DNA from: a virus
DNA: 34,259 nt
IMG/VR virus record: IMGVR_UViG_3300045391_000686
Strand: one strand, 5' to 3'
The position numbers and the translations under genes are program-made. Positions 31,279 to 34,259 of this stretch are shown in pieces. Every line of letters begins with the position of its first letter. Within the stretch, counting starts at the first letter, position 1. The notes beneath the pieces were generated by a model, which did not search any database, was not told the origin of the DNA, and saw only the letters and a list, made by a program, of their open reading frames with translations.

Positions 31279-31829
31279 CGACAATTCTTTCTGATAAACG
31301 CACCAGAGTTCACGCAGTACCATTCCGTGGTCTGTGGTTTTCAAATCTGAATTATGGCGGCGTAGGCAATACGCTTGATGATGGGCAAGCCGACGGTGAC
31401 TTGCGACCATTTTCGTTGGCATCTTCGACACAAGTGCGCATTGCTACACCAGCCAAGGGTGATTTGATTGAAGCACGATTGACGATGCAATTCACAGTAC
31501 CGAACACGGCAGGCACGACGCTTGAACTATATGTTGGAACATTCGACACTGACGGCATCACGCCGCTGACAATATCATCTGAAGAAATTTCACGAATGCA
31601 CAAAATATTGACTGGACTTTCAGCACCATACACATACGGTGCTGGTGAAGAAGTATTCATTGACGGCTTGAATCTGATGCAATTGATACCAAAGAGGGGT
31701 GACGCAAACTTCAACGAAGACGCTTTCATCGTCGGGCTGAAACTGACGTTGGCTGGTTCTTCAGCGCAATGGTACTTGAACCGATTCCAGCTTGATTGCA
31801 GCACGCAGATTGCAGAGGTGAAGAAATGA
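31275..31829 (+). CDS. Tail tip module protein (184 aa)
   Basis: ATGA overlaps on both sides, within the tail-tip block. Confidence 0.55.
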   Translation: MTTILSDKRTRVHAVPFRGLWFSNLNYGGVGNTLDDGQADGDLRPFSLASSTQVRIATPAKGDLIEARLTMQFTVPNTAGTTLELYVGTFDTDGITPLTISSEEISRMHKILTGLSAPYTYGAGEEVFIDGLNLMQLIPKRGDANFNEDAFIVGLKLTLAGSSAQWYLNRFQLDCSTQIAEVKK

Positions 31830-32350
31830 GCGACAGCGGTCAATTGAAAGTTGGTCGACCAGACGCAGCGCTGGACGGCGGTTTTATATTCGAACAGTAT
31901 TGCGGCGGCAAGGGCGGCGGCGGTTGTCTTGACCCGCTTGGAATCACAGGGATTGCCATTCCATACAAGATGCCACGTTCAATTGTGCGGCATCGTCGCA
32001 TTTTGCTGGAAAACAAAGAGTTCAACGGCGTGCGCATATACACAGACGGTGGGTCGAACGGTTTGTGTTCACATACACTTGGCACTGAAGTCGGTTTCTA
32101 CTTGGCGCTATCAGTCGACGGCAACTTGACGGCTGACGAAATGTTGCAGCGTGGCAAGCACATCATTGGGGCTTTGCCATTCGACATTGAGTTTCTAGCC
32201 AAAGACATACCGCAACCGAAAGAACCAAGCTATGATGGGTATATCTATTTGCAATACTATTGGGGCAATGCAGGGTATATGAACGAGGGCGGCGCAATTG
32301 ACCAGTATTCAATGAGAATCAAAAAACATGACTATGATATTGAGCTTTGA
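31826..32350 (+). CDS. Tail tip module protein, Gly-rich N-terminus (174 aa)
   Basis: ATGA overlap upstream. Contains GGKGGGGCLDPLG. Confidence 0.55.
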   Translation: MSDSGQLKVGRPDAALDGGFIFEQYCGGKGGGGCLDPLGITGIAIPYKMPRSIVRHRRILLENKEFNGVRIYTDGGSNGLCSHTLGTEVGFYLALSVDGNLTADEMLQRGKHIIGALPFDIEFLAKDIPQPKEPSYDGYIYLQYYWGNAGYMNEGGAIDQYSMRIKKHDYDIEL

Positions 32351-32352
32351 CC

Positions 32353-32850
32353 ATGAGTGAATCAAGCAAACACCATTTCTATCACTACACAGCACGTTCA
32401 GTCGTGTTGGCTGATTATGCGTGGTGCGGCGGCAAAATACTTTTGTATGTGATGCCACCTGAGAAAGCACTGACGATTGAAAATATGTTCGTTCACTTCA
32501 AAGCGACATTCGACAGTGCAATTCCATCTGGTCAACGGCTTGTGAAGTCAATATCTATCGTCGACAAGCGACCATTTTTCTATGATTCGAACAGCGACGT
32601 GAACTATATGCGCACACTTGATTTGAATATACTTGCCGACGGCAGCAGGAAAGTCGACATCAAAGTCGACATTTCACATTTGCTAAAAAAAGACAACGTG
32701 GGCTTTCGTGAATATTTCAGCGATAGCAGCACGCCAAATCTGACATATGTCATGATAGAACCAGACGATTCATTGATTGGAAATAATAACATAGGAAGAA
32801 TTGACTTATGGAAACTAGACGCACAATTCACTACGCAGGGAATACGGTAG
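32353..32850 (+). CDS. Tail tip module protein (165 aa)
   Basis: ATG 2 nt after the upstream stop (a TTG at 32347 is the alternative start). Confidence 0.55.
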   Translation: MSESSKHHFYHYTARSVVLADYAWCGGKILLYVMPPEKALTIENMFVHFKATFDSAIPSGQRLVKSISIVDKRPFFYDSNSDVNYMRTLDLNILADGSRKVDIKVDISHLLKKDNVGFREYFSDSSTPNLTYVMIEPDDSLIGNNNIGRIDLWKLDAQFTTQGIR

Positions 32851-33155
32851 ACATTCCACATCCAAGCCGCAAGAATCTGAAGCGGCGATTCAGCGGCAAC
32901 CCTTTGAAGAAAGCGCTGATGAATGATGATGTCGAAATAAAACCGATGACAGTCATTCCAAAAGTATGCGCCACGACACAATGCGTGTGGTGCGCAGTCG
33001 AGTTCGAAAGCGAAGCCATCAGATGCCGTGTGTGCGGCAATTGCCAGTATTGTGGCATGTTTTGCACGTCAAAGAACGAATGCAGCAATTGCGGAAACAT
33101 GTTGCCGCCAGAATTGCGTGTGGATGAACAGCGTCGTGTTGTAAGATTTGAATGA
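32808..33155 (+). CDS. Cys-rich metal-cluster-like protein in the tail-fibre region (115 aa)
   Basis: Ten Cys within 44 residues: CATTQCVWC...CRVCGNCQYCGMFC...CSNC. Overlaps the upstream gene by 43 nt. Confidence 0.5.
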   Translation: METRRTIHYAGNTVDIPHPSRKNLKRRFSGNPLKKALMNDDVEIKPMTVIPKVCATTQCVWCAVEFESEAIRCRVCGNCQYCGMFCTSKNECSNCGNMLPPELRVDEQRRVVRFE

Positions 33156-33160
33156 AATAG

Positions 33161-33169
33161 TGCTATAAT
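33161..33169 (+). promoter_or_regulatory. Possible extended -10 promoter (TGcTATAAT)
   Basis: tgcTATAAT lies in the 40-nt gap before 33196. There is no good -35. Confidence 0.3.
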
Positions 33170-33195
33170 CGAAACCATAAGGGAAACTAAAAAAT

Positions 33196-33750
33196 ATGCA
33201 AGTAAACGACCAACTAGTCAATCAAATGCTTCGGAATCTACCGCAAGACCAGCAGAATCAATTTGCTTCAGTTTTGCGCAATGAAGTCGCATATGAGGTC
33301 GTTTGCAACACCACAGATGTCACCGAAGAACGTGACGTGCCGACACTTGATGAAAGTGGTGAAAAGCAATATTTCAAGACTGGTGAAAAAGCTGGTCAAG
33401 TAAAAACCCACAAAGAAAACGTCGTCGTGCAGCGTGGCACAAATGGGCGTGTCATTGCGCACATTATGAAAGACGGTCAAGTTGTGCCGCTGAAAGATGA
33501 AAACGGTGACATGTGGCTTCGTTCTTCACGCCGCCGTACTGATGGCGAATACGGTTTTGAATGCTGGTGTGGTCTTGATTCACGCATTGCACCGAATGAA
33601 GCAGGCATTTTGAAAGCCGACGGAACGCAGCCGACGAAAGAAGATTTGTACCACATGGCTGAAAACTTGCAGAATTCACCACCGAAATACGCTACAATAA
33701 ACCATGAACGTGATGTTGATGGTTTCATACTTCGAAAGGTAGGAAAATAG
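33196..33750 (+). CDS. Hypothetical protein adjacent to the tail fibre (184 aa)
   Basis: RBS taagggaaactaaaaaatATG. It is the only long ORF in this interval. Confidence 0.6.
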   Translation: MQVNDQLVNQMLRNLPQDQQNQFASVLRNEVAYEVVCNTTDVTEERDVPTLDESGEKQYFKTGEKAGQVKTHKENVVVQRGTNGRVIAHIMKDGQVVPLKDENGDMWLRSSRRRTDGEYGFECWCGLDSRIAPNEAGILKADGTQPTKEDLYHMAENLQNSPPKYATINHERDVDGFILRKVGK

Positions 33751-33753
33751 AAA

Positions 33754-34259
33754 ATGGCATACACAGCATGGTCGGTTGTATACGGTGAACAGCCAACAGC
33801 CGCAAAATGGAATCAACTAGGCACAAACGATGCTGGATTCAAAGACGGCACAAACATCGACGACGATGCTATTCTTGCACGGCACATTGCTGACGGCGTA
33901 GTTGATGACGCACGATGGCGGAACAATGTCACATTCCGTGGCTATACTAGCACCAACCAAGCTGGTATCGGTGCAGGCGTATTCACAAAAATGACACAAG
34001 ATTTGGAAGAATGGGATACTGGAAACAATTTCAATCCGACACTTTCACGCTTCGTCGCACCATATAACGGTATCTATTATTTTGAGGGTGCGTTTTCCGT
34101 ACCAAACAATGATGTTCGTATTTTTGCCAGCTTATACAAGAACGGTGTTGAAGCATATCGTGCGACAAATGGCGCATACACTGGAAGTGCAAACCGTTCA
34201 ACTGGTGGTCGACAAATGAAGTTGGTCGCTGGTGACTACATCGAATTATACGGATGGCG
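33754..34259 (+). CDS. Tail fibre / receptor-binding protein with a C1q/TNF-like C-terminal domain; runs off the window end and finishes at 145 after circularisation
   Basis: The N-terminus MAYTAWSVVYGEQPTAAKWNQLGTNDAGFKDGTNIDDDAI is a common phage fibre N-terminus. The C-terminal FVAPYNGIYYFEGAF...LYKNG...GDYIELY resembles C1q-like jelly rolls. There is no stop before 34259. Confidence 0.7.
   Translation, partial: MAYTAWSVVYGEQPTAAKWNQLGTNDAGFKDGTNIDDDAILARHIADGVVDDARWRNNVTFRGYTSTNQAGIGAGVFTKMTQDLEEWDTGNNFNPTLSRFVAPYNGIYYFEGAFSVPNNDVRIFASLYKNGVEAYRATNGAYTGSANRSTGGRQMKLVAGDYIELYGW
34191..34259. repeat. Right copy of the 69-bp terminal direct repeat (identical to 1-69)
   Basis: Exact identity with 1-69. 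Confidence 0.95.

Noticed and set aside
34191-34259. Terminal repeat as a genuine physical DTR or cos end
   Set aside because: The repeat is inside the tail-fibre coding sequence, and joining the copies restores the ORF. It is more simply explained as the assembly overlap of a circular or permuted genome.
1-34259. tRNA genes, CRISPR arrays, transposases or insertion sequences
   Set aside because: GGTTCGA-like T-loop strings (for example near 508, 990, 2596, 4950 and 25390) all sit inside coding frames without acceptor or anticodon stems. No spaced direct repeats or inverted terminal repeats were seen. A tRNAscan or Infernal run would be needed to be definitive.

Overview
The window is a complete tailed dsDNA phage genome. 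Its first 69 nt are identical to its last 69 nt, so the unique circular map is 34,190 bp. It is siphovirus-type: HK97-like portal, protease and capsid, a G/GT tail-chaperone frameshift and a 782-aa tape measure. Every credible gene is on the + strand, and at least 17 gene pairs are joined by ATGA, TAATG or TGATG start/stop overlaps.

Gene order from position 1:
- 3' end of the tail-fibre gene, which wraps from 33754
- lysis cassette 157-3183 (BhlA-like holin, two membrane proteins, amidase plus triple SH3b endolysin, second holin)
- terminator, then two tandem early promoters
- 11 small early ORFs (3602-6441)
- recombination module 6811-9895 (RecT-like annealase, PD-(D/E)xK exonuclease, Gp157-like protein, resolvase-like nuclease)
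- membrane-anchored lytic transglycosylase
- a structured early/late boundary (11315-11494)
- an operon of two membrane proteins, three glycosyltransferases, an FkbM methyltransferase and an embedded Fic enzyme (11495-15990)
- small and large terminase, a portal fused to a MuF domain, a Com-like zinc ribbon, prohead protease, major capsid and a tube-like protein
- a strong terminator, then connectors, tail, tail tip and fibre

I recognise no tRNA, CRISPR array, integrase, repressor, DNA polymerase, helicase or primase.

The most unusual signals:
1. GATC, CCNGG and GGNCC are absent from the whole genome and CGCG occurs once.
2. The sugar-modification operon has Fic embedded in it.
3. An ~85-nt promoter-leader cassette is repeated four times, and a start-codon-associated motif (G/A)ACGATATG sits at 8 starts.
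4. The early/late boundary has terminator/antiterminator-like architecture built from direct and inverted copies of that motif.

Host is probably a Gram-positive, Bacillus-like bacterium (inference only). All assignments rest on reading the sequence and translations by eye; no searches were run.
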